Origin: Antedon mediterranea
Lineage: Eukaryota > Animalia > Echinodermata
Length of the DNA: 64,000 nucleotides
Assembly: GCF_964355755.1 (NCBI RefSeq)
Contig: NC_092671.1
Location: forward strand, 13,888,001-13,952,000
Direction of reading: 5' to 3'
Shown: one piece after another, positions 1-13,500 of the stretch
Numbering within the stretch: the first letter of the stretch is position 1
Layout of the letters: every line of letters begins with the position of its first letter
The notes under the pieces: model-generated
What the model saw: the letters and a program-made list of their open reading frames with translations, nothing else
The model's database searches: none
What the model was told of the DNA's origin: nothing
Position numbers and translations under genes: made by a program

Positions 1-1517
1 AAATACAAGATCTATGAACATACCCTTATCTTGATTTTTAACTTACACTATGTAAAGAAAACGTAAAATCTGTTGGTCCCAATGTGAGCTTGGATTAGAC
101 CTACTATAGTAGAATATAGTGATCACTGGCTTCACTTAACTTTTTGAATAAAAAAAAAACATTATTTAATTACGGAGGATCATAACAGTATTGCCAAATT
201 ATGGTGGTAACTATTTTTTCTCTTAAAACATTTTATCTATTTAAAAAATACCTATTTTAAGACAAAATCATGCATGTTTTATCAATAGTAAGTGTATTAA
301 ACGTGTACAACCTCAAATCTATAATGATTACACAGTAGTAAAAATGTGGGACACCTTCATTAAGAAGACACTTTTCTGTGAAATGAAAGAGGGGAAATAT
401 ATTTTTCACCACTACGGCAACCCTTAATAAGGTGACATTTGTTGAGGCCTGAGGGTGTCATCTTAATCAGAATTCTACTGTAATTCAATCAAACAAACTT
501 ACAAAACAAATTAATGCGATTAAACAGAATACCTTTTTCTAAAATCATAAATAATAAAAAATTCATTATTTAACTTTTGCAAGTGCAATATACATTTTTT
601 CCATAGATAAGATACAATTAATCTAACTAATGAATTTTAAATAAAAGGCTGGTTTCCACAAGATTGCTACAAAGTTCCATGCAGCAATACTGTGGAAAGA
701 GTCATATTAATCTTTACTGTACAATTAACTAAAGCACTTAATAAATTAAATTGCGAAAAAAACAAATTGCTTTACTATAAAAAAAAAAGAAAAGAAAGAA
801 AAAGTACAGTATGATAATAAAACAAAAAAAGGTATTGAAAAAATGAAAGTTATTTTAATGAAAATAACAATTTTTGTAAATTGGTGATCAATAAAATGTA
901 ATGAACAATTAACAAATGATGATTTTACAATTGCAGATTAATCAAAATGATCGTGTAAATGATAATTAAAATCATATATATGATCAAATATTGTGACTAA
1001 TCAAGATTTCAATGATTATGATGTGTCATGTCCAATGTTAGTCGTCTTTTCTATATTTATAGCGTTAGCGTGAAAATTAATAATTGCTCATTTGTAAATT
1101 TACAATGTATTGTTTGATTATAGTTTTGCAAACTAGTGATGTTTCAGTGATTTTCAACGTCGTTTGAAATCGCATTCTTTACCGACGCGAGTCAGAGTGT
1201 GCATACTTTTGATACTCCATCGAATTTCATGAAATCATACAAGATTTCAATGATTATGTCATTGATGATATTCATTCATCTAAGTTCCCACCACCATGCA
1301 TGTTACATATCAATCAGAACTAAAATTATTATATATATATATCTATAAACTTTTGTATTACCAGGCTTAACTATAGTCTTGCTATAAATAGAATGAATTT
1401 TTTTTTGCCATTCATGTGAAATATATTGCTGATAAAATTTCAGGTTTTCTTGAAACTTTGAATGAGATAGAAGTTCAATGATTGATAATAATAACAATAA
1501 CCTTCGCTTCATTATTT

Positions 1518-4500
1518 CTATATAGTAGTTTCAGCTGATTGTGTTTTTATTTCTGGAACTTCAATTATTATATCGCCATCTTGATTACCTGGGGCCAATA
1601 AAGGCGCCCTCTCCGGGCTCGGACTACCTGGTATTGTTGAGAGTTCTTTTCCACAATTGTTCATTGCTTTTTCTTTGGCTCTGTACAAAAAAAAGACAAT
1701 TATTAAAAAATTATAATGTAATATATCCACTTAAAATTAAGGCTATGTTTTGTGAGACCATGTTTGAAGTCTATTGCAATATATATAAATGAATACATTC
1801 CGCCGTACCACAACGAGAGTCGCTATCCAATCGAGTTTGAACAATACCATGAAAGCCCAAGTGGTCTAATAGTTAGGACATCTGCATATAAAGCAGAAGG
1901 TTTCGGGATCGAATCTCGGTTCCGGGATCGAATCTCGGTTCCGGGATCGAATCTCGGTTCCGGGATCGAATCTCGGTTGGCACGGTTTTTTCTCATTCTC
2001 ACAGATTTCCCTATCTTTATTGTTTTAAATAATTAAATTTCAGTATATCACTGGTCGATTTAGAATTTATTCTGTGATGTTTATATAAATAAATAAATTT
2101 ATTTCTTAGAGCTGTGTGATGCAAAAGTCAGTAAAATTTATATAGCACTTTTCCAATAATGTTTAATAAGTAAACAGATGGTGTGAGGACTGCAAAAACA
2201 GATAGTAAAAGAGAAAGATTAAGTTCATTTAGAGTTTTTAAATAGCTTAGTCAACATCTAAGTTCATTGGGTCCATGTGTGAACTATTACACTGAAATTA
2301 GGTCACAAATCTAACAAAATTGAAAAAAGGACGTTGTTTATTTAAGATAAACTTTACAAAAAGGGACAAAATAAATGTCAAGTATTCAGGAAATTAAGTT
2401 AAAAAATGCAATAAAATAATAACTATAGAAATGATAACATTTTTAAAAATCCTTCGGAACCACAATGGAAAGAATCGGATTTTAGCATTTTTATTTTATT
2501 GTATGTAATGGACGTATATCATTCCAATTTATTCAATTTTAAATAGTTGTATCTTATCTAAATTGTTTCTGCATTTACTTATAATGCCAAATGAAATCAG
2601 TAAGAATTACAGAAGTTTATGATGTTTTAAATTGAAGAATAATTTGAATTTGTTCTACTTCTGTAATAATTTCACAATAAATAGGTAGATTTTTAAAATA
2701 GAAAATAATAGTCATACAGAATAAATACAGTAGCAGTTGAACTGGGTTTTTCATGTCATGGACTATTAATCGCTTCTAGGAGGAAGGTCAAACTTTGAAA
2801 GTAAAGCATTTACTAATGACAAGTTTAAGGGTTAGTTGTAGCATTGTTAATTAAATTATAGATAAGTTATTCTGTCTAAATACATATCTTCCTTTATGAC
2901 TTTTTGAAAGATCTTGACCACTTCCTAAATTTATTATTCATTTTATGATAGAATGACAAGAAACTGAGTAATTGATGAGCTACTTCAAAATAAACTTTCA
3001 GCTTCAGCTGCAACAATAGAACAGTATGATACCATTGATGAAGAAGCTTAGACGAAGGTAATCTAAAACTAAGCTCCCCTTGACAAGATAGGAACTCGTA
3101 ACAGTCCTTATATCTGGCTGCGACAAATACATTATTCTCTGCGGCACTAGGTATCTGTTATGTCACAGCCACAGATAAACCCTTTGATCTCTGGAGCTCA
3201 GCGTCCTATTGTTAGATTGCAAAATTAAGGAGCCAACCTAATTGTTAGATCTTACAAAAAATTAAAGAAATCCACTGTACTTACTGCTTATATTCTATAG
3301 AGTTCTTGCGTGATAGCTCAGCACTACTAGCATTGTTCACCAGCGCCTTCCAGATTCCTGTTTTTGCCATCTCATCCGATATATTGATCACCTTCCTATC
3401 GGGATGGAATTCTACCTTCCCGACGGGAATGCTTAACATATTGCCATCGGAAAGTGGTAGTCTAATTGATCCTGGCATGTTTTTCATCTGTTAATGACAA
3501 ATAAATTCATTAGTGAACAAAATTAACAAGATGTTTGTTACACAGCCAGTGGCGTAACACATGCATGAGGCCCCAAAGTGGCCCTCCTCGGGTGTTTTTA
3601 GCTTTTTCAACATATTTGAATGCCTGTTTTTCCTCTTGGCACTTCTCAGAGACACCATAAGCTCAGAGGGTTCTGGGTTTAGCCAGTGAGCGCTCATAGC
3701 CGTTACGCCACTGTACACAGCTATAATACAAGTTTTGTTTGATAGTATCATCTTCAAGTTGTGAGAATTTGGATTACAGTAGGTCATCTAGGAACCATAT
3801 GGTGGCCACAGTACATTGCCTATCATTAAGCAATAGGTGTTGAGATTGAAAAATACACTGGGGTAACCTCCTACTCTTCTGAAAGATGCACTGGTTTCTT
3901 TCAAGTGCACTAACGCCATATGAACCTCCAGTTTAAGTCATTATCCGGGAAGACTTGTTCTACCACCAGAACTATGTCCTGAACCTATACTGATTTTATA
4001 GCTATGGTTTTTCATCCCAGATGATGAAGACTATATATTGCGTTAACACTTTTCGTAGTTACAAAACAAGAACATTTTCATTTCAAAGCTGATATTATGA
4101 GATATTTGTTGTCAGTGACTTAAGAAAGTACACAGTAAAAATAATCGAAGATGAAAGATTTGTTCAACACTGCAAAGGAAATCAGCAGAGTTTATCAAAC
4201 TATTTTTTAATGAATGAAGGATAAGGATTAGCACTTTAGATTATAATTGTCTACAAGTAAGACCTTAGGCTCCACTGACAATAACAAGAACAGTGCTTCT
4301 TCATCGCCGGTTAATTGGTTGACTGAACCTCTTGGAGACAAGCTAGAAAATATGACATATTTTAATCATTTGGATGGACAACTCAACTAATGTAGAACAA
4401 GTTTTTTGGTAAATATACAACATTTTTTTTACTTAATCGTGTTCCAGTATAAACTAGTATACTCTTAAATGGCCCATGAACATAATTACGATATAGGAAT

Positions 4501-7500
4501 ATATACTATATTTAAAGAAAGCATTCAGGCTGGTGACAAATTCCAATATTTGTTTGTTGTTTGTACAAACTAATTGAATATTAATTAAATTAAATGCTTA
4601 TTCAGTAAGCCTAAACAAACTAAATGTAAATGTACTGTACTGGATATCATCACAGGCATTCCTCCAAAGAAAATGTTAAACGAAATAATTAAATTAAACA
4701 TAAATAGTAGTTACTAACTATACACATGGCAGTAAAAATAACAAGAACAGCAGGCGTTGTTTTATCAGTCTTGTAATTGGCTGTTGGTAAAATCATCAGG
4801 TCTCTATTCACCATGTTTTACTTTCCCCAACTTCTATTCTTGGACTTGTACATCCTGTTTGACTAAGCCGGATGACGACGTCATCAAGTTCATTCAAAGT
4901 ACATGTCCTTAAAGGACGTTTAGGTAAGCTAAAAATTCAGCTTGAAGCCTGGATGTTGAAATACTGTACATTGGTAGCAAGACATGTGTTTGTCTTGAGC
5001 TCAATATGCATTGTGGTAATATGTAACAGTTTATTTACTTTAGATTTGCCGGCAATGTTAGATTTGAGAATAAGGTTTTGTAGAGTAAATGTAGGTGGTA
5101 CATACACTTTCCTGACAAGGTGTATATACAGTTTCCTAACAAGTACAGATTAGACAATTGGCATGTGCAATTTTAAAACATTGACTGTTTAGTTGTAATA
5201 CTGTCCTTATCGAATAACCATAAAGTTTGGCTCACATATTAAATGATGATACATAAAAGCTAAACAAATACAGTACAATAACATCTCTTCCCGGAACGAA
5301 AAGTCTTCCAAAATCAGACTTTCATTATGGCCCCAAATGTGTACCTTAAAATGCATTCTAGAAATATACGCTTGTAGGTCAGCTCAAAGGCAGGTTCCTC
5401 AGCATTGTATATTATTGATTATATCAATGATAATCAATAGAACTTTCAACATTGTTTAAATACTACAAAAAATGAAAGCTTTCATTCAGCTGTTGATTAA
5501 TCTGAAGCGATGATCTAGGGGCATGATCCTAATTCAACAGGAAAAACAGTCAGAAAGAAGTGCCTGTTAAAAGTGATATAAAAACTGAAAGGATAAAAAT
5601 CGAGGACATTTGGACTATACTACAGGAATCTACTCTGAGAATCAGCTGTCCCTAACAAAAAGGATTGTTACGATAGTAGAATGCAGGCAGACACTCAATT
5701 AACTATCTTGGAGAAGGTTACGCCCAGTCGATGCAGGACAATTGTCCTTATTAGTGATTCTCATCATTTTGTATTAGTACAAGAATATTGGATGGTAGCA
5801 GATGTGTAAATCTTTATGAAAAGGCCTTGGACTACTCACTGAGATTAGAAGAAAAAATTTAAAGTTTCTTTATTTTTAATTATTAAAAGGGTAAGAATTC
5901 AATTCAATTCATTTATTTTCCAGAAGACATTATAATACAATAAAAAATACAAACACTAAAAAAACTGACACCAATCTGGCGGATTGTAGGAAAGTGACGA
6001 AGTCACTATGTGGGTATTCTCCTTCTGGTGCAGACAAAAACAAGTTAACACCAAATGACATTAAATAAGGAAGGGAAAAACTTAGAGGAACCAAAAAGGC
6101 ATAAATCAGTCACTTCAATTGGAAGGGTATCCCACAACCTTGGAAAAGAAATAAATAAAACAATATATAAAAGAAAAATAAACTGAAAACAAATAATGCC
6201 ATTGCACTACCAAAATAAAGTGAAAAGCACCTAATATACAGTACATAGTTAGGGCAATAGATTATTGTAACATTACATGGAATTTATGGAAACAAATACA
6301 TAGACTTAATATCATAATTTTGTTTAATATTACATTTTTGTTTTAATTAGTAGAATCTGTTTACAGCGATATATTTGGGTTCTTGATAATCTTCCAGAAT
6401 AGTGTAATGGTTATTTGATGTGCATGTTTATATAAAATAAATGACAAGTATACAAAATATTCAAATAATAGTTAAATTTCAATAATGTTCTATTTGTTAA
6501 ATTTGTGTTAATATTTATACTATGTTGATTTCAATAATAATACTAAAATAACTTCCTTTTCCCTGGATTCTTTCTACTTTAATTTTTCTTTCCTTTCCTT
6601 CTTGAGTCATCCTATTAAATTAATTTATCTTGCACGATTTTTCTATCAAAATTATCTAAGACTGATCTAGGCATGCTACAGATTTTAAAATGACTAAGAG
6701 ATTATACTTGGAAATGAAATCAAGTAATGACAATAATATAGAGGGCAATCTATAAAAATTGGGAGATTTCTATTTTCAGAGAGTTTGATTTGAATCAAAA
6801 GCGTCAGCTTATACGTATGTATATTTATCTTCTCATCTTCCAAATCCCTTTCTGCGACAAATTTTAGTTTGTTGAATTTTTTTTTCGCTTTAGCGAAATT
6901 GGTAGTTTGAATTGCGAAGCAGGAAAATTGCGATGGAAATGAAAATTGCAGATATCGCTTTTGTAGTGGAAGGCAGCACAATTTTTCTCCTATGTGAACA
7001 ATTTGATACGCACGAATAAATTTGCCTAGACACACTTTCTTTAAATAGTGAGTGAATAGTCCTCGAATACAGTATTTGATTTAATTAAAATACTCAGTAA
7101 ATAGAAATATCTAACTTGTGTGTGATGTGAATACGAATACCACCGGTCACATGAAAGAGAAAATTATTAAAATATGCTAGAAAAAAGATAAGAAACCTCG
7201 CTATAAATGACGTCAAAGGTTCTTGAGTATTGGTTCTGAATTACGTCATAGTCTACCTCCTTATTCCCTAAAGCAACAATCAGTTGTTACGCAAGTAATA
7301 ACACATATCATAACGATAAGAAACTTGTTTCCTAGAAAGGCAATTATGTCAACAGTTTAAAAACCTGTCTATGCCAAAAACTGTACTATTTACATTTAAA
7401 TGTCAAACTTCACACCTTCAGAATTAGCAAGAGATATGAAACTAAGACACCTAAAGGAAATAATAAGGTCACATTTTGTTCATGCTTTTTGTAAACATAG

Positions 7501-10500
7501 GCTGGTCTTGTTTCGTTTTTTTCAAATTTCCAAATAAGGACATTTTTTTCTATTATAATTATGTTTTAATGTTTATTGCCTATTGCTGTTTGGTAGATAG
7601 AAGCTTTATTAAATGATTTGCATTTATTGTGGATTACAGTTACAGTCTAGTATAGAAAACGTGCATGTTCAAGGAAAAAAGGACTTAATAAAAGTTTCTA
7701 TCTTTTTAAAATTAAAAAAAAGTAATAACTATCATTGTTTTATCTGTTGGAGTCACTCACCCTTGAATTTAAATGAAGGTTAAAATTTATTGCATCATGA
7801 ATTTTTTTAAACAGATCAAATTATTTTTCAAAATGGCTTTAACATTGTCGCATAGTACTGATATGGAGTACTATATATTTCAAAATTGCAACATGTTGCG
7901 CCACCTTCCACAAACCCAGGGAAGTGGTCAGTTCCCTAGCGCCCTAATAAAGTAGACACAGTACCCAGTATTCAATGCTCTGGTGTCCTAATGCCTTTTA
8001 AATATTATATATAATAAGCAATTATTTACATCAGCAACCGTAAAAAAAAGAAAAACAGATGTGAGAATCAATATCATAAGGCATTTAAATGCCTTATAAT
8101 GATATTCATTCTCAACCGAAATTGTGGTGGTATTATACATGATTTAGCTGAAAAACAGATGTACAGGCAATTGTTACTATTTTCGTAGTAGTAAACAAAA
8201 ATGAACTGTTATGTTAGTCTCAACATAGTCAAGGGTAGGGTTTAAATAATTAATTACATTTAGATCAAAGTTTCATCCATTATAATACCAGTGTATAAGA
8301 CACTCGACTCAATTAATCACACTAATTGATAGAAAAAGTGTAAACATCAGTTAATTTGACAGGAAGAAAGTAGGAGGGCACTGTACTGAAGGCTACCCCC
8401 TATGTCCATGACGGTCACGCCATTAACACAGGACATGAGATCATGTCGTGGGCTGATAAGCTAGGACTTGTTTCAATTTCCTTTCCACTCTTCATTGGCT
8501 TCCTCAACCTAAATCTATGCATGTCTTATCAATCCATGGGTATCAAATGGTGGATAGAAATTAATAAAAACTAATTTTTGCAATGGCACCTTTCGGGCAT
8601 TAATGAGGCAGGAGAAGGTCGTTAGGAATGTGACTGGCACAATGCTTGTTGGGCATTATATACAACCTTGTAGCCATGTTTGAAAATCATGTGTCACAAC
8701 GAAGCACATATCATTGTCTCTAATAGACAACAAGCCAGCTTGGATACATTTTTGCAAAAATAATTTCAATATATGTAGCATTTGAGATCTAAATTCTGTA
8801 GTAATGACTTTAATTTGTTTACTACACAAATAATACAGATAAACAATCTATATATATTGGCACCTGTTAATCCAAGTTTCTAGATGTTTGATTTCGCACT
8901 TTGAAGCAAACTTATTTCTTTCAAATAAATTCTCAAAAGAAAAATACAAAACTGAAATTGAAAAGCCATCATTCACCAGAATCAGGTCGGATTGAACAGA
9001 AAGATGAATACAATATCAGTAGTTAAAATCATTAAATTAAAAAGCAGGTCGATGAGATGAACAGTAAAATAAATTACTCAGCTTTGAATGATTATTATTA
9101 TATAAACTTAATTCTTGGCGCTATAAAATTAATTCAAGGTTTTCTCAAAGTGAAAGTAATGTTAAAAAGTAGACGATGAGGAAACTAAAATAACTGCAAA
9201 AAAATGATGGAAAAGTGATCCACCTGCCAAATTGATGATTGGCTTGTGTTCAATAAAACAATTCTTACGGCAAGCATTTGTTTAAGAATTCTGCAAACAA
9301 TCAAATATTCTTGCACAGAAATGTGATTGCGTGATGGTCTGGGGGTTGTATAGCTAAGTTTTTGTACTCACTAGGTAGGTGGATAAGTAAGGGCTTACAT
9401 AAATAATTGAAGTTTAGTACTCGCTTGGTTAGATGAACAGGTGCTTATGTAAATAATTAAAGTATAATACTAGCTAGGTTAGACAGAAAGGGGCTTATGT
9501 AATTATAGTTATAGTGCTATCTACGGGTTATGTTAAATAATATAATTCTTCCACAGAAATACGACAGCTTGATGAGCAGGGTTACTATGTTAAATGCTAT
9601 TACTAGCTAGGTTAGGTGGGCAGGGCTTAGAAAACATCCAGGATTACAGCACAGGAAGGATGATGTTCGGATGGCATCAGCAGATCTAGGGAACTTTTAA
9701 AAAAGTAGAATTGGAGGTCAGTTGCAAATACAACACTTTCACTTTCAAATGAAAAAAAAATAATAAAATAAAAACAATCATGAAGTGACCAAGATTTAAC
9801 ACATCCGAAAGAACATAATACAAGCCACTCAGAATTTTAACCAAATCAAAGTAAACATTCCCTTATCTAAAGATAACTGCTTGGATTTGTTGCTTGTATT
9901 TGACATCCACAAAAATCTAACTGTAGTTCTATATATGTGAATTATAACTCCTATTTACTTTAACTAAACTAGGGCATGAAAGTTAACATTCATATAAGTC
10001 TCCTATGGGGCTTAGAATCATCCTTGCAAATTTAATAGCATTCTTCAGAGAATTCATACAGAAAATGATTGATATGCTCAGTGAATGGATGGACTTTACT
10101 ACGACTCATAATAGATAACAATCACCCTTGAAAAGTAAATAGGTTATAGCTTAAGCTTAATATTTATTATGTGTTGGGTCTAGATACAGATATCCAAGTG
10201 GTGAATAAAGAAGTATTATTATCAAATCAAGGTTAAAAGTATGCAAAAATAAATTACTGCCTTCTGAATGCCCTAAGATTCGATTTTAGAAAGTGAATAC
10301 ATTTAATTAAAAGTTAGCAGGAAAATAAAGGAAATTGGTGAAGGTAAAAACAATTGGTGGGGGCTTAAAAGGGTACTAAGAATCGCAAAGACTTTAATTA
10401 GGAAAACAAAATCTGTCATCACAAACTTTAAATCTGCTCACTATCAAAACTGCTTCCTTTTTATTTAAGAAAAATATTTAGAAGAATATCATTACACTAA

Positions 10501-13500
10501 CAAATTTATACATTCTTGAAAATCAATGACCTCATAGAAATGGAAAATTATTAAATTCTCTACCACAACAAAAAAACTCAATCAAAATTAGCTTTGAAAA
10601 ATCAATGTCATCTCTTTATTTTATTCTTAAGTAAAATAGCACCCTTGGTCATGATTAAGATTTTGACATTTTGGAATTATTTTTTAAATACTCCTTACTA
10701 TTAATACACACATTGATTGGATCTTACAAAATATACTTTTTTTAATGGAAGCCTTAAATATTGCATAAAATTGTACAAACAAATATTAAAAAATGAACAT
10801 AGTAATTATTACTGGTATTACTACATTAAAATGGCAGTGATAAGACAAAACAATGATGAAAAAATAAACTTTTGATGCAAAGAAGAAAAAGAGCATAATG
10901 TTTTACAAATCAGTCAGATTGTGTTAGCTTTCCAACCAAAACACAATGCTGATTGGTTTGTGAGTATCGCTGTGACACACTCTTGCATCATAGCATTTTG
11001 TGTCATGCAAAATCACCGTCTACATCTACTAATACTACTTTCTAAGACCTGCTACCAATGATAAAGCAACCAGATAAAAAAAAACAGACAACCACATGTA
11101 ACAAAATGAGTTGAACATTTGAAAAAAATAAAACAGATATAAAAGGAAGACACTGAATTTTAAGAAGTGAAATGCAAAGATTGAATCACCTCCTCACAAA
11201 CCGCCATTTCCCGCTCTTCTTGCGCTATCATTTCCTCTTCTTTTTTCTTTTGGTCCAATTTGTCGCGCTTAACTCGTTCAGGCATAACATCATCCAGCAT
11301 GCCCAACTCTCGTTGCGTGAATACATAGTCAAGTAATTTACGAACACCTACAGTTCCCAGAACCTGACAATGATACATTAAGAATCATGTAAACAATAAC
11401 AACAGAATTTTAAAACAGAATCGTTAGTGATTTTTTTTTCTATGATGGACAGAGGTTTGAAATAATTTAGTGTATGATCTAGAGACTTTTCTGTAAAAAG
11501 AGGTTAAGATTGTTCCAAAATGGATTTTACAAGAAGATTATAATAAATATTATGAGGGTCATTGGTAAATAATCTTACCATAACTGGGAAAACAAGTGCC
11601 GCTTTTGTAGTCTTCATAATCCAAAGTATAACAAGACAGCTAAGTTGAACTGCAGTGAAAACATGTACACGACGCAGTTCAACTTGCCGGAGAAAGATGT
11701 AGTCAGGTTGATGCTTAGCAGGCATAAAGAACAGCTTAATTCTGTCAACAAACTACATAGATTAAAAACAGATATTACAATAATAATATCCTTGGAAACT
11801 TTGAAGCTGAGAAAAACGGGTTGTAGTATCATCAAGAATATATATAAAAATAAGCAAAACAGAGAAACATAGAATTAAATGTTAAATAAGAATATCTTAA
11901 GAAAAAATGAAAAAAAAAAGTTACCTGCACTCCTTCTAGAGAGGACACACCCATATACAGAAATACACCATATAACACAGGCATTGGAATAATCTATATA
12001 ATAAAAATCAAACCAGTTAAATTTCAACATACAGGAATACAGGAAAGCAGTGAGTCTTGCATCACAAGGAAAAATGAACACCACTACATACCTGCAACAG
12101 AGGCGTCATCAACACAGCTAAACCAATCAATATAAAGACAGCAAGACCTGTTACACGTTGCTCACGACATCCAAAGAACTTTGCTGGTTCTCCGGGAGCT
12201 GAGCACTCAGACTCAACCTTAAGACTGTTGACATGGTTAATGCTAAGGACAGTGGCTGCTACAAACCATGGTAGCCCAAGTATTGAACATAATGCTAACA
12301 TTACGGCAACTACAGTCAAATCAAGGTGATAACCAACTCCTTTCTATAACGTAAAGCAAAATATAAAATCACAATAAAAATTTCAACCCTGTCTATTTCT
12401 TGATACTGCATTCTGGGAAAAATAGTTCCAGAATACATCATTCGATACACATTTTACAGTACAGCTAGCAACCGGACACATTGCTGTAGTAGGCGAGTTC
12501 CTTATTAATTCTGAATGTAGGTGAAGGAGCTGCTGGTAGGGTGGCCATGTTCCTTTCCATGCTGACTTGGAGTCGTCATTTCAGGAATAGAACCTGGGTC
12601 TTTCTGTATGATAGTCAATTGTCCTAAACACTACTGGAAAACATATCAAAAAAACCTTCAAAGGTTTTATTATGTATTTTCAATCTCAAATAAAAAACCA
12701 AATGAGTGTAAAACATCCTGCTGTATGTATATTTATGTTACCTTTAATTTGTTCTCTCTTCTGTTGACAATGACAGCTGTGATTTGTTGGTCCATAAATA
12801 CAAGAATAACTGCTAAGAATGCTGGGATAACAGCAGCTATGGCAGTCCACCATGGATTGTCTGCAAATGGTGGCACAAACCAGTAATCTCTTGTTTCAGC
12901 TGTGGGCTGAAACAAGTCATGAAAAACAAACTCAATGAGAATATTCACATTATAAGATTGTGTGGTAATAACAATAATTCTTTAGGCTTATATACCACAT
13001 TATGCTAAAGCTTCGGTGCGCTTAACAGTAAAAATAAAATGACGGATAAGCGGGTGAATTTTTAAAATTGTCTTATCATTAGCAATTAACGTTGCCTGAA
13101 AGAAATATTCCAAAGACAAATGTGATACGATAACCATAATTCTTTGATAAATGGATGAACCGTCCGAAAAAAACTGCAAAAATTTATACATGATAAAATC
13201 ATGCAATATTTGTAGTACACAGTGTTTTATAATTTAATTGCGATATTTTTCCTTGATTCATGAATGCATCATACCTTGAACGTTGCAGGAACATTTAATT
13301 TTGGTGTATCAATACCACAAAGATAATCAACGAAAATCATCACTACCACAGCAGAAAATACGGAGAAATGGCTGACAATAGTACGGAACTGAATGAAAAC
13401 AACAAGGAAATAATAAATAATTATTATATCTTATAAAAAAATGTTAATTATTTTATATAAACATTTTAATTGTTACATAAACATTTTAATTGTTATATAA

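Noticed and set aside
330-482. Possible pogo/Tigger-like MITE in the SLC4 3' region
   Set aside because: Only a short CAGTAG/CTACTG match; too degenerate to support.
4809-4928. Exon-like frame [23 protein letters not shown] on the minus strand
   Set aside because: Needs a phase-2 donor, but the upstream exon ends in phase 0 and no bridging exon was found.
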